Shown: in pieces, positions 55,886-64,000 of the stretch
Numbering within the stretch: the first letter of the stretch is position 1
How the letters are laid out: every line of letters begins with the position of its first letter
Sequence record: NC_048077.1
Reading direction: 5' to 3' (one strand)
DNA length: 64,000 bases
The notes under the pieces: model-generated
Seen by the model: only the letters and a program-made list of their open reading frames with translations
Told to the model about the DNA's origin: nothing
Databases searched by the model: none
Translations under genes and position numbers: made by a program

Positions 55886-56653
55886 TTACTCCATTACTAA
55901 GTAAGTTACCGAAAGTTTCGGCTGCGCTGGAGACGATCCGAGATTTCGCATCACACCATAATGAGTTTTCCCTGACGGCACAGACAAGAAAGCATAACGA
56001 CGATGTTTTATAATCGTGTTATCTTCAATGGTTACACCATCGTCAGAAAGGAAATCTACAGTCGAACGGAAAAGGTAAGGGTTACGATCATTACGTTCGT
56101 CCGTTGTATGGAATTGGATTTCGATATCAAACGCATTTAACTCGACAACCAATAACATGCAAGTCTGCGACATATCCAAAGTGAAATTAAGATTTTCACC
56201 CGGTTTAATGAAATCCTGAGCACTGTACTCCACTTTTAATCGTGCGCCTGCGCCAGCACTTCCACCGAAGTTAGTCCAAGACAAAGCGCCGTTTGCGCCT
56301 GACGTAAGAACTAATCCCGGTTGATCTGCTTTCGGAATAAGTTGTGAATCTTCGAGACTCACTTCTTGTTCGTTATTCGCATTCTGAACAACCTTGAGAG
56401 GACTTTTGAAAACTAAATTGTTTCCTAACTTCGCGTCTTCCCAAGTTTTCAGATCGTCTGCGAGTTGATACATTTGTTTGTCATCCGACACCCAAACCAT
56501 CATACCCGCAGACTTAGCGCCTGATTTGATTGCGTCACGTTCAGCAACTGTCTTAACGCAACGCAATCCCCCTTTCAAATGAATATCTTGAACGAGAAAA
56601 GGTAGAGCAGTGTTGGACGGTAATAAAAACGAAGTTAACATTACCGGCATCAC
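55886..56653 (-). CDS. Fibre-associated structural protein
   Basis: LKGGLRCVKTVAERDAI..G..VWV motif typical of phage fibre N-termini. Confidence 0.65.
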   Translation of the reverse strand: MMPVMLTSFLLPSNTALPFLVQDIHLKGGLRCVKTVAERDAIKSGAKSAGMMVWVSDDKQMYQLADDLKTWEDAKLGNNLVFKSPLKVVQNANNEQEVSLEDSQLIPKADQPGLVLTSGANGALSWTNFGGSAGAGARLKVEYSAQDFIKPGENLNFTLDMSQTCMLLVVELNAFDIEIQFHTTDERNDRNPYLFRSTVDFLSDDGVTIEDNTIIKHRRYAFLSVPSGKTHYGVMRNLGSSPAQPKLSVTYLVME

Positions 56654-56665
56654 TTTCTCCTTCTA

Positions 56666-59600
56666 TTAAGGCATACCTGACAGTGGATCTTTCGAACCAT
56701 AAGTCAGTTCAAAACTGAAACTGTACTGATCACCGAATGGGAAGTCTGCGCGATAGACGTAGTACAGCACACCGTCAATCGTAACTTCTACGCCGCCAAC
56801 AAAGTTGAAATCATCAAACTCTTTAGCGCCATCCCACGAACCAGCAAAGCCACTCACCGGATCTTTAAAGTATCCATATGCGAGGCGTGCAGGCCATGCA
56901 GCATACCAGAAGAGTTTGTTTGCTTCCGTAGAAGAACCAGCAGGAATATTCAGAATCTGAGTTCCTGTTTCAGTCAGATTTGTTTTCAGCGATTCAAAGA
57001 ATGCTTTATCATAACCTGACATACTCATTACTTTGGTATGCGTGCCGTAGCGCGGGCCATATGCAGTCGGAACATCAGCAGGCAACACGTTAATGTTTCG
57101 AGTCTGAGTAACAACCGCACTTTCCAAACGATATACAGCAGTAATGCGCACAACAGACGGAGAGGAAACAACAGTTGTAGACAGAACACCTTTCGAAATC
57201 GAAGGCACAGTAGTTCCGCTAACAACAGTAACACTCCATTCTGTATCCTGCGTAACGTCTTTCGAACTTGCGTCCGTAAACAAAGCAAGCGCAGTGTATG
57301 GAGTATCGTTACCGCCAACAACATCAGTCGGGCCATTGATGGAAAGACTTTCCGGCAGAACGTCAGCTTTATTACGAATGATAACACTCGCCTGACTATT
57401 CATTTCGCCGTCGCTTGCGCGAAGCAACACAGTCTGATCTTGCGTAACTTGTTTTGCAGTCATCAAGCCAGCAGAATCAATCGTTGCGTACTCCCCACCT
57501 TGCAGAATTAACCACGAAAGATTCGTGATCGGCTGCGTGGTATTATCCGACATTAAATAATGTGCGGTGAAGTTTCCGGTAGCGCCTTCGTCGATTGTTG
57601 AAGGGCCAACGATTTCGATACGAACTTTCGTCGCAGGATTTCCTCGCGCAACAATAGATTTCGTAGCGTTCTTCGTAATACCGTTTTCGGTGTACGTCGC
57701 AGACAGCGAAATATTCACGGACGGAATATCAATCGTGCCTACAGTGAGTCGCCCGGTTGCGCCATCAAAACTTGCGTAACTGGTTGTCGTCACCATTTTA
57801 AATTCATCAGGTTGCACCATTAAAGTGTGACCATCAGAATAAGTCGCGAGCACCGTGTAATCGTGTTGTGAGTTTTGCTGAACATCGCTATCGCCGAGAA
57901 TCTGAATCGAAGAAAGCGCAACAGTCGGCACAACGTTAACGATAGTAATCTGTTTCGTAGCGCTGCGCGTATATCCTTTATACGTGTAAGTCGCCGTCAA
58001 CGTGATTACAGTATCTTGCTGAACCTGATTTGCGTTCACCGTTTTACTAACGATGTATGCAACGGCAACGTTCGAACTTGTGAACGTATCCGGATCAACA
58101 GTGCGGTTCGTACCAGTGTTCATGATCGCTAAGAAGCGATAGGTACTTGCGCGACCTTCGATGATCGTATCAGCGCCCTGAATAATAAAATCTTCCATGA
58201 ATTCTTCGGAAGGCTCTTTCACAATCGTGATAGTTTTCTTCGCGTCGATAAATTGATTATTCGACGGCGAAGTGTAGCCAGCCTGCAATTCAACAGAACG
58301 GTTCGCTTCTGTTTCTTTTTTCGCAGTTACTTTGTTGCCGCTAATAACGGTATAAAGAGAAGGAACCGCGTTGAAGAAATCAGGAGTTACTTGTTCTTTA
58401 TCGCCATTCGACCAAACAGCAATGAACGTATAGGACGCGGTGCCTGCGCTGTTAATGGAAGACACACCATTAATTTGCAGTTCCGTCATACGCTGCGCTT
58501 TAATCGTAACCTTTTTGGTTCCGGTATAAACGTTGCCGTTATATTCGTAAGTCGCAGTAAGAGTAACGATAGTATCAGCGTCGATGCGAGCACCTTCGCC
58601 GACCATTCCTGTAAGAATCATTGCAGTGGAATTATCCACAACAAAGTTTGCAGGACTAATCGCAGTCAAACCGCCTTTCTTAAACAACGCATAAACAGCG
58701 TAAGTGTCACGTTCGCGGAAGAACAGCGAATCTTTACCAGCGATAGTAATAGATTCAATTTCATCTTCCGGAATAAACACGTTGCGAATGTGAAGATCGT
58801 AAGTGCCAACAACAATTTTCCCGAACACCGGATCTTTCAGTTTCGCCGTAACTTTAAGCACAACATCAGCACCGAGATCCGGAGCGGATACAGTACCATC
58901 AGCGGCAATCGTTACGCCAACAACGTTTTCTTCAATCGACCAAATAACGCCAGTCGGATCTTGAACAACGTTGTTTTCCCATTCAGCAGTTGCCACAAGT
59001 TTTACGCTTGTGTTATCGCTCATGTAACTTGCGTTACCGGGAAGACTAATGCGCAGATTCAAAAGTCGCGGAGAAGTCCAGTCAACATTGTCCAGACTTG
59101 GCTTGCGCCATTCCCCGATGTACTTATGAATATCCATAGGATCACGCCCCACAAGGGCAAGAACAGCGCCAGCAACAGGGCTAATGGAACTATCCACTTG
59201 TGCGTAATCTTTGCTATTGATACGGATTTTCGTGCGCGGATAATCTGCGTGATCGTGTGAAGTTGGCTCACGTTTATCGCTCATTCGTGGATCGGTACTG
59301 CTAACTGCAATCGACGCTGTTTGGTTATCTTTTAAAATAACTTTACCGATGCGAGTTGTACCAGCGATAGGCGTAGAAAGCTCGCCCGGATCGATTCCCA
59401 AATCATACGCGTTTTCCACAACGGTGCGGAAAAACTGCGAAGACTTATAGAGATTCGCGTAGTCAGAAATTTCTTCCCATGTACCGCGAAACGTTCCATC
59501 AGAAATGTGCGAAGTACGAAGCAGAACCTTTTGAAAATTAGGCGACGCAGGATTGCCATCGACCCACAAAAGGTTATAAGGCTTATCAGCGAACGAAGGT

Positions 59601-59749
59601 TCCGTGTAGCTCACAACCATCTGATAAACATCTTTCTGGTTATTCACATACGGTTTAAATTCGAAGTTGATCGGATTACGCGGAGTTAAGCCACGCATAC
59701 GCGCAAGCTGAATATACTTCTTAGCGAAATCCAAAATGTTAGTTGCCAT
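56666..59749 (-). CDS. Ig-like repeat fibre protein with N-terminal HxH module
   Basis: About seven Big_2-like repeats (L.I.G...V......Y.A.A.YSDG...V); start refined to MATNIL. Confidence 0.8.
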   Translation of the reverse strand: MATNILDFAKKYIQLARMRGLTPRNPINFEFKPYVNNQKDVYQMVVSYTEPSFADKPYNLLWVDGNPASPNFQKVLLRTSHISDGTFRGTWEEISDYANLYKSSQFFRTVVENAYDLGIDPGELSTPIAGTTRIGKVILKDNQTASIAVSSTDPRMSDKREPTSHDHADYPRTKIRINSKDYAQVDSSISPVAGAVLALVGRDPMDIHKYIGEWRKPSLDNVDWTSPRLLNLRISLPGNASYMSDNTSVKLVATAEWENNVVQDPTGVIWSIEENVVGVTIAADGTVSAPDLGADVVLKVTAKLKDPVFGKIVVGTYDLHIRNVFIPEDEIESITIAGKDSLFFRERDTYAVYALFKKGGLTAISPANFVVDNSTAMILTGMVGEGARIDADTIVTLTATYEYNGNVYTGTKKVTIKAQRMTELQINGVSSINSAGTASYTFIAVWSNGDKEQVTPDFFNAVPSLYTVISGNKVTAKKETEANRSVELQAGYTSPSNNQFIDAKKTITIVKEPSEEFMEDFIIQGADTIIEGRASTYRFLAIMNTGTNRTVDPDTFTSSNVAVAYIVSKTVNANQVQQDTVITLTATYTYKGYTRSATKQITIVNVVPTVALSSIQILGDSDVQQNSQHDYTVLATYSDGHTLMVQPDEFKMVTTTSYASFDGATGRLTVGTIDIPSVNISLSATYTENGITKNATKSIVARGNPATKVRIEIVGPSTIDEGATGNFTAHYLMSDNTTQPITNLSWLILQGGEYATIDSAGLMTAKQVTQDQTVLLRASDGEMNSQASVIIRNKADVLPESLSINGPTDVVGGNDTPYTALALFTDASSKDVTQDTEWSVTVVSGTTVPSISKGVLSTTVVSSPSVVRITAVYRLESAVVTQTRNINVLPADVPTAYGPRYGTHTKVMSMSGYDKAFFESLKTNLTETGTQILNIPAGSSTEANKLFWYAAWPARLAYGYFKDPVSGFAGSWDGAKEFDDFNFVGGVEVTIDGVLYYVYRADFPFGDQYSFSFELTYGSKDPLSGMP

Positions 59750-60383
59750 CTTGTGCCTCCAACAGATCAGCAGCGTCGATAGCTGCGTATTTGGCAACGC
59801 TGGCATCTTCCGCAACGAAAGTTGTTCCTACAGTTCCTTTATCGGCATCGACATTAATCTTACCAGTCGAGTGCTTCAATTCTTTCGCAGGTTTTTCCGG
59901 ATGCGTGTGATCTTTTGGAACGCGTGCATCGGTATTGCGCGGATCATTTTCAGAAACAAAAGTCGGACGATCATCAGCGGTTGCTTTCGTAGTAAGACGA
60001 GCAACGCCGTAATCATCTTTAGTTGCGTAAGGCAGAGAAGCGCCGGAAGGAAGATCTTCTTGTGCGTAATACTGAGGTGCCCAAAGAGAAGAAACTTCTT
60101 TCACTTCTACCCACGTATGTTTGAAAATAGCAGAAGGATCTTTCGACGTGCGCGTTAACAACGTGCGATAAAATTTCGTCTTAGAATCCATGCACAGCCA
60201 AACAACGTTAAGCGGTAAAGGAATTGCCGTTGGTTCCGTATCAGAAACGACAAAACTCGCGCTCGTATTCAAAACCGGATTCACCTGACGAATAACTTGC
60301 GTCAAGCGTGAGGCTTCGAAGTCCGTAACAGCGAGTAGTGCAGAAATGATCTGATTGAAGGTAGGCAGCAGAGTTGTTGTCAT
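59739..60383 (-). CDS. HxH-module fibre-associated protein, paralog
   Basis: Shares W.E, A...G...L and DPR.TDAR.P..H.H with both neighbours. Confidence 0.75.
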   Translation of the reverse strand: MTTTLLPTFNQIISALLAVTDFEASRLTQVIRQVNPVLNTSASFVVSDTEPTAIPLPLNVVWLCMDSKTKFYRTLLTRTSKDPSAIFKHTWVEVKEVSSLWAPQYYAQEDLPSGASLPYATKDDYGVARLTTKATADDRPTFVSENDPRNTDARVPKDHTHPEKPAKELKHSTGKINVDADKGTVGTTFVAEDASVAKYAAIDAADLLEAQDGN

Positions 60384-61006
60384 TTCAATTCCCCTTCCTT
60401 CAATTTGCGCCACGTTACTGCGTCATTTTCAAAAACAAGAATCTGACCAAGTTTCGGTGCCGCTTGATCCTGTACAGGAATATGTTCTGCGCCGCCTGAT
60501 TTATTCACGCTGAACATCGACGCCGGAGTTTCCGGATGCGAATGCTCAAGTGGAGGACGGGCATCAGTTAAAGTCGAATCGCCATCCTGAATAACGCGTG
60601 CTTCACTTTGCGGATAAGAAAGATATCCAACGCCGTGCGTTAATACAGTTGCGACCGGAGCAAGTTGACCAGCAACCACGCCGATATCAGCAGGCGAATA
60701 ATGCTGTTCTTCCATTGCGTCGTCGTAGAAATACAATTCCGTCCAAACATCGTTGTAAGGATTTGCACTATCATGCGACGTGCGTTTAAAAGCGCTACGG
60801 AAAGTTTCAGACTCTGGATTAAAATCAATCCATACGCCATTTTCCGGCAGCACCACATAACGAGGAACCGAATAGCCACAGAAGAAAACCAAACCGAGCG
60901 AACTCCCTTCCACCGGAAGGCGGAAGAGAATCGGGTTTTTATTCTGACTATGGATGTTCGTTAGAAGCTCAACGTTATTGATAAACTTTTCTAACTTTAA
61001 TTCCAT
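60380..61006 (-). CDS. HxH-module fibre-associated protein, paralog
   Basis: NPILF, W..., TDARPPLEHSHPE. Confidence 0.75.
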   Translation of the reverse strand: MELKLEKFINNVELLTNIHSQNKNPILFRLPVEGSSLGLVFFCGYSVPRYVVLPENGVWIDFNPESETFRSAFKRTSHDSANPYNDVWTELYFYDDAMEEQHYSPADIGVVAGQLAPVATVLTHGVGYLSYPQSEARVIQDGDSTLTDARPPLEHSHPETPASMFSVNKSGGAEHIPVQDQAAPKLGQILVFENDAVTWRKLKEGELK

Positions 61007-61027
61007 GAGTCTTCTCCAGAAGAAGAA

Positions 61028-62710
61028 TTAGATCACCGTTGCCGTACTGCCTTTCGGGTTGATGTTGAAACGGTAAATCAAACGACGCGTCATACGAGTC
61101 GGATCGAGAACGATATCAATAATCAGATCGCCGTTTTCAATCGTTTTGTTTGTGTTGTTCGTTTCATCACACACAACTTTATAACCAGCAGAACCTGTAG
61201 AGCCAGTACGCAGACCGCGACCTAAACGAATCTCTTCTAAGAACTTCTCAATCTTCGCAACGAGAGTATCACGCAGAACACTATCGTTAGGATCGAAAAG
61301 TCCGGTACGCGCTTGTCGGCTTGCAACTTCCAGAATGTAACCAACCATACGCTGAATCGGCACTTGCTGGAAAGCGCTGTCAGTATTCAGGAGCGTAAAC
61401 GCTTCCCAAATTGCATAACCGCCGCCCAACTGTTCCGGAAGTTTGCGCAGGTAGTTAATCTGTTCACGCGCAAGAGCATCGCGAGCAGCCTGATCATAGA
61501 GTTGCTTCGAGCCGTACACCTGTAAATTTTCAGATGCAGTAATACCAGCAGGAGCGAACCAAGTACCGCGATTGTTATCCGTTGCGCAGTACGCCGCAGC
61601 AACCTGACCAACAAACGGAACCCAAATATAACGCCCGGTATCTTCATCGAACTCTTTGATGTGCGGAGCATACAACGACATATTTTTTGCGTTGATGTTC
61701 AGCGTTTGACGGCGATAACGAATCGCTTTCGCTACAGTTTGCTCTGATTGCGGAATCGATCCAATAACGTGACAGTTGATGTGATTGTTTGCAGCCAACA
61801 CCATACCACGGTGAACGATATGATCGTCCAGACCACCAGACACCAAAAGAGTTACGCGCACTTCTTCCGGATCACCGAAATAATCCTGATAGGCTTGCGC
61901 CATCATATCGGAAGTAATTGCATCACCATCACTTGCGCCTGCCATAAAAGCAAAATCGCTAGTGAGGAAATCAATATCGTGCGTGAAATATTCGTTGCGA
62001 ATAAAACGAATGTTTGCGCTTTCATCGCGCAGTGCCGTTTCAAAACGATACTGGCGACCCATATCATCAGCGTAATCGTTCAGAGTACATTGAATCTGTT
62101 CGATAGGCGCACTGCCTTGCTGATAGTTTTGGAAAACTTCCACGTAGAAAATTTTCGCGTTGTAGAGTTTGCGATCACGGACGGCATCCAAACCTTTTGG
62201 AACCGCAGAACGAATTTGAACACTGATTTCGTTGTTCCACTCGCCGGGGTTTTCACAAATGATATAACCAATAACGTTGTCATTGAGAACATCATTAGGA
62301 AGGAAACCTAATTGTTTCGGATCGTCAACACCGACAATATTCCCATCAGCATCCACGTAAGGAGTGATACTGATTTTTGGAACTACTGCATCAGCATCAT
62401 CAACGGAAACAACCAGCACCGCATATTTTGCGTTTTTTGTCAGACGCACATAATACAGTTGGTTCGTTTGTTTTGATACTTGACGCGCGATGTAAAGACC
62501 CAATCCATATTTCGGATCGCGTTTACCGAAAGTATTGCTGAGAACAGAAGGTTCAAGAATCGGAACGCGTTGATTAACGGGGCCGCGTCTTGCACCACCT
62601 ACGATCCCAACAATAGACGTTGACAGTGTTACACCTTCACCAGCAGAAAGATCTTTGGTTGCGGTATAAACGCCAGCCGACGTATGCGTACTGTTAGTGG
62701 GCATCTTCAT
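61028..62710 (-). CDS. Tail sheath protein 2
   Basis: SAGVYT, IVGIVGGARRGP, WFAPAG, QINYLR, AIWEAFTL, LFDPND; paralog of 31338..33023. Confidence 0.9.
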   Translation of the reverse strand: MKMPTNSTHTSAGVYTATKDLSAGEGVTLSTSIVGIVGGARRGPVNQRVPILEPSVLSNTFGKRDPKYGLGLYIARQVSKQTNQLYYVRLTKNAKYAVLVVSVDDADAVVPKISITPYVDADGNIVGVDDPKQLGFLPNDVLNDNVIGYIICENPGEWNNEISVQIRSAVPKGLDAVRDRKLYNAKIFYVEVFQNYQQGSAPIEQIQCTLNDYADDMGRQYRFETALRDESANIRFIRNEYFTHDIDFLTSDFAFMAGASDGDAITSDMMAQAYQDYFGDPEEVRVTLLVSGGLDDHIVHRGMVLAANNHINCHVIGSIPQSEQTVAKAIRYRRQTLNINAKNMSLYAPHIKEFDEDTGRYIWVPFVGQVAAAYCATDNNRGTWFAPAGITASENLQVYGSKQLYDQAARDALAREQINYLRKLPEQLGGGYAIWEAFTLLNTDSAFQQVPIQRMVGYILEVASRQARTGLFDPNDSVLRDTLVAKIEKFLEEIRLGRGLRTGSTGSAGYKVVCDETNNTNKTIENGDLIIDIVLDPTRMTRRLIYRFNINPKGSTATVI

Positions 62711-62731
62711 TTCTCCTTATTAGGACTAATG

Positions 62732-62741
62732 AAAATTATTG
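62732..62741 (-). promoter_or_regulatory. Candidate late-promoter motif CAATAATTTT
   Basis: 22 nt upstream of sheath 2, directly after a terminator. Confidence 0.35.
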
Positions 62742-62751
62742 AGATCGCAGT

Positions 62752-62787
62752 AGAAATGAAAAAGGGCAGCATATTTGCCACCCTTTT
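62752..62787 (-). terminator. Rho-independent terminator
   Basis: Minus-strand AAAAGGGTGGCA-AATA-TGCTGCCCTTTTTCATTTC. Confidence 0.8.
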
Positions 62788-62791
62788 AGGA

Positions 62792-63838
62792 TCATACGTT
62801 GATTTGTTTGTAATCCGGATTGATTTCAGGATAAAACGTATCAAAAGTTTTGCGAGACATAACACAACCAGCAGCGTTAACGTGACCATCGCCGCCAAAC
62901 GTATTTGCTACAGATTTCGCACTGACCGGGCTATCTGCATCACTGCGCACGCTACAGAAAACTTTTTCAGGTTCCGCATTATCAGGAGCGCAGCGAACAA
63001 TCAGCACCAGCTTAACGCCCGGATTAGTATCGCGAATCCATTGCGCAGCATCGGAGCCAATTGCACGCGATGTACTCATAACTGCATGGCGTTGCGGAAT
63101 TATATCATTGGCTTCAAAAATCTTTCCGTTTGCTTTGAAAAGTTTTTCGATATGCTCATTACGTTCTTTGATGCGCTGTTCACCGAGAGAAATAATCTCT
63201 TCGAGATTCCCGTTCATTACGATATTGCGAGCGTTTGCAATAGTGCTAGGAACCGTGGAATACAGCACGCCAGTTTCTTCTTTGTCGGCGAACATTTCGC
63301 GAGAGTAGCCGTCATAAAAAGCAAAGGCGCGTTTGTTCTGCAACTGCCACGTATCTCGATCACTAACCAACTGAACGATACGCATCAGATTACCAATCAT
63401 CGACATGATACGCGGAGAGCCGTTGCTAAATTGGTTGATAACGCCAAAGTAACTGAGCATCGCGCCGGAGTGCTGAGAAGCAAACACAACGTTAGAGCTA
63501 GGCTGAATACCTAACGCTTCACATTCTGCTTTATACTTATCCATACTACGCGTGTTGTGATGATCAAACACAAACAGATCGTTTTTGTAGAAGGCAGTTA
63601 AATCTGCCAACTGCCTTTCGTTGATAGCGATATCAACGAAGTAGATGCGATCATAGGAGCGAATTTCCGGCAGCAAATGCAGCGGAACATTATCGGAAGT
63701 TACGGCATCAGCCTCATCCGGATGCGCATGATCCAAAGCCAGATAATGAATAACTTCCATCGGAAACGCTAACGATACTGTCGCCGCAGCGAACGATCCG
63801 TCGGAGCAAGCGTTGTGATAAACAATTAAGATTCGCAT
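62792..63838 (-). CDS. DHH/DHHA1 family phosphoesterase
   Basis: YHNACSDG, FVDI, FDHH, SGAML, DRD.W, SVRS, FGGDGHVNAAG. Confidence 0.88.
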   Translation of the reverse strand: MRILIVYHNACSDGSFAAATVSLAFPMEVIHYLALDHAHPDEADAVTSDNVPLHLLPEIRSYDRIYFVDIAINERQLADLTAFYKNDLFVFDHHNTRSMDKYKAECEALGIQPSSNVVFASQHSGAMLSYFGVINQFSNGSPRIMSMIGNLMRIVQLVSDRDTWQLQNKRAFAFYDGYSREMFADKEETGVLYSTVPSTIANARNIVMNGNLEEIISLGEQRIKERNEHIEKLFKANGKIFEANDIIPQRHAVMSTSRAIGSDAAQWIRDTNPGVKLVLIVRCAPDNAEPEKVFCSVRSDADSPVSAKSVANTFGGDGHVNAAGCVMSRKTFDTFYPEINPDYKQINV

Positions 63839-64000
63839 TGAGAAAAATCGCCTTTTAATAATGCAAGCAGGTGAGAGCGTTTGCGCCTCAACGCAGCTTC
63901 GAATTGTCGGGCAGCAGATTCACGACCTTCTTCAATTTCCAGAAGGTGCAGCACCCAACTCGTCGTCTGTTTGATTTCCAAAATCTCTTCTTGCAGTTCG
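63826..64000 (-). CDS. Partial ORF (C-terminus), runs off window end
   Basis: Hand translation ELQEEILEIKQTTSWVLHLLEIEEG...GDFSQCES*; the stop overlaps the DHH start. Confidence 0.6.
   Translation of the reverse strand, partial: ELQEEILEIKQTTSWVLHLLEIEEGRESAARQFEAALRRKRSHLLALLKGDFSQCES

Noticed and set aside
1-64000. Stop-codon reassignment (alternative genetic code)
   Set aside because: Standard-code ORFs tile the minus strand densely with coupled start/stop overlaps; no systematic in-frame TAG/TGA breaks.

Overview
64 kb of a large myovirus (jumbo-phage-like) virion-morphogenesis region, with essentially every gene on the minus strand. From right to left (transcription order) it carries: a DHH phosphoesterase; a second tail sheath; a family of His-x-His/Ig-like fibre genes; two paralogous fibre-like subunits; a 1320-aa virion protein; an acidic protein; two tandem ADP-ribosyltransferase-like paralogs; an NAD-dependent DNA ligase; a GT2-TPR glycosyltransferase; the head module (prohead protease, HExxH peptidase, scaffold, decoration protein, major capsid protein); neck/sheath/two tubes; a tape-measure-like muramidase; baseplate hub and spike; a Nudix/MmcB/dTMP-kinase cluster; a ~1.7 kb largely non-coding structured island (13980-15710); PAAR and wedge genes; three collagen-like fibre genes; and an adhesin-like ORF that runs off the left edge and is missing from the ORF track. 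From memory, the layout (two sheaths, collagen fibres) resembles the 'hairy' jumbo myoviruses of the Erwinia Y3 / Dickeya JA11 / Pseudomonas Lu11-PaBG type; no search was run. Best leads: (1) a recurring S-x-S-(A/S) motif plus a dispersed paralogous domain, suggesting an undescribed head-cargo targeting/processing system that may load enzymes (ligase, metallopeptidase); (2) a densely base-paired non-coding island with a 10-mer repeated four times, next to a possible nucleotide-sponge protein; (3) tandem H-S-E ART-like effectors; (4) a possible phage collagen glycosylation system. All family assignments are by-eye motif recognition.
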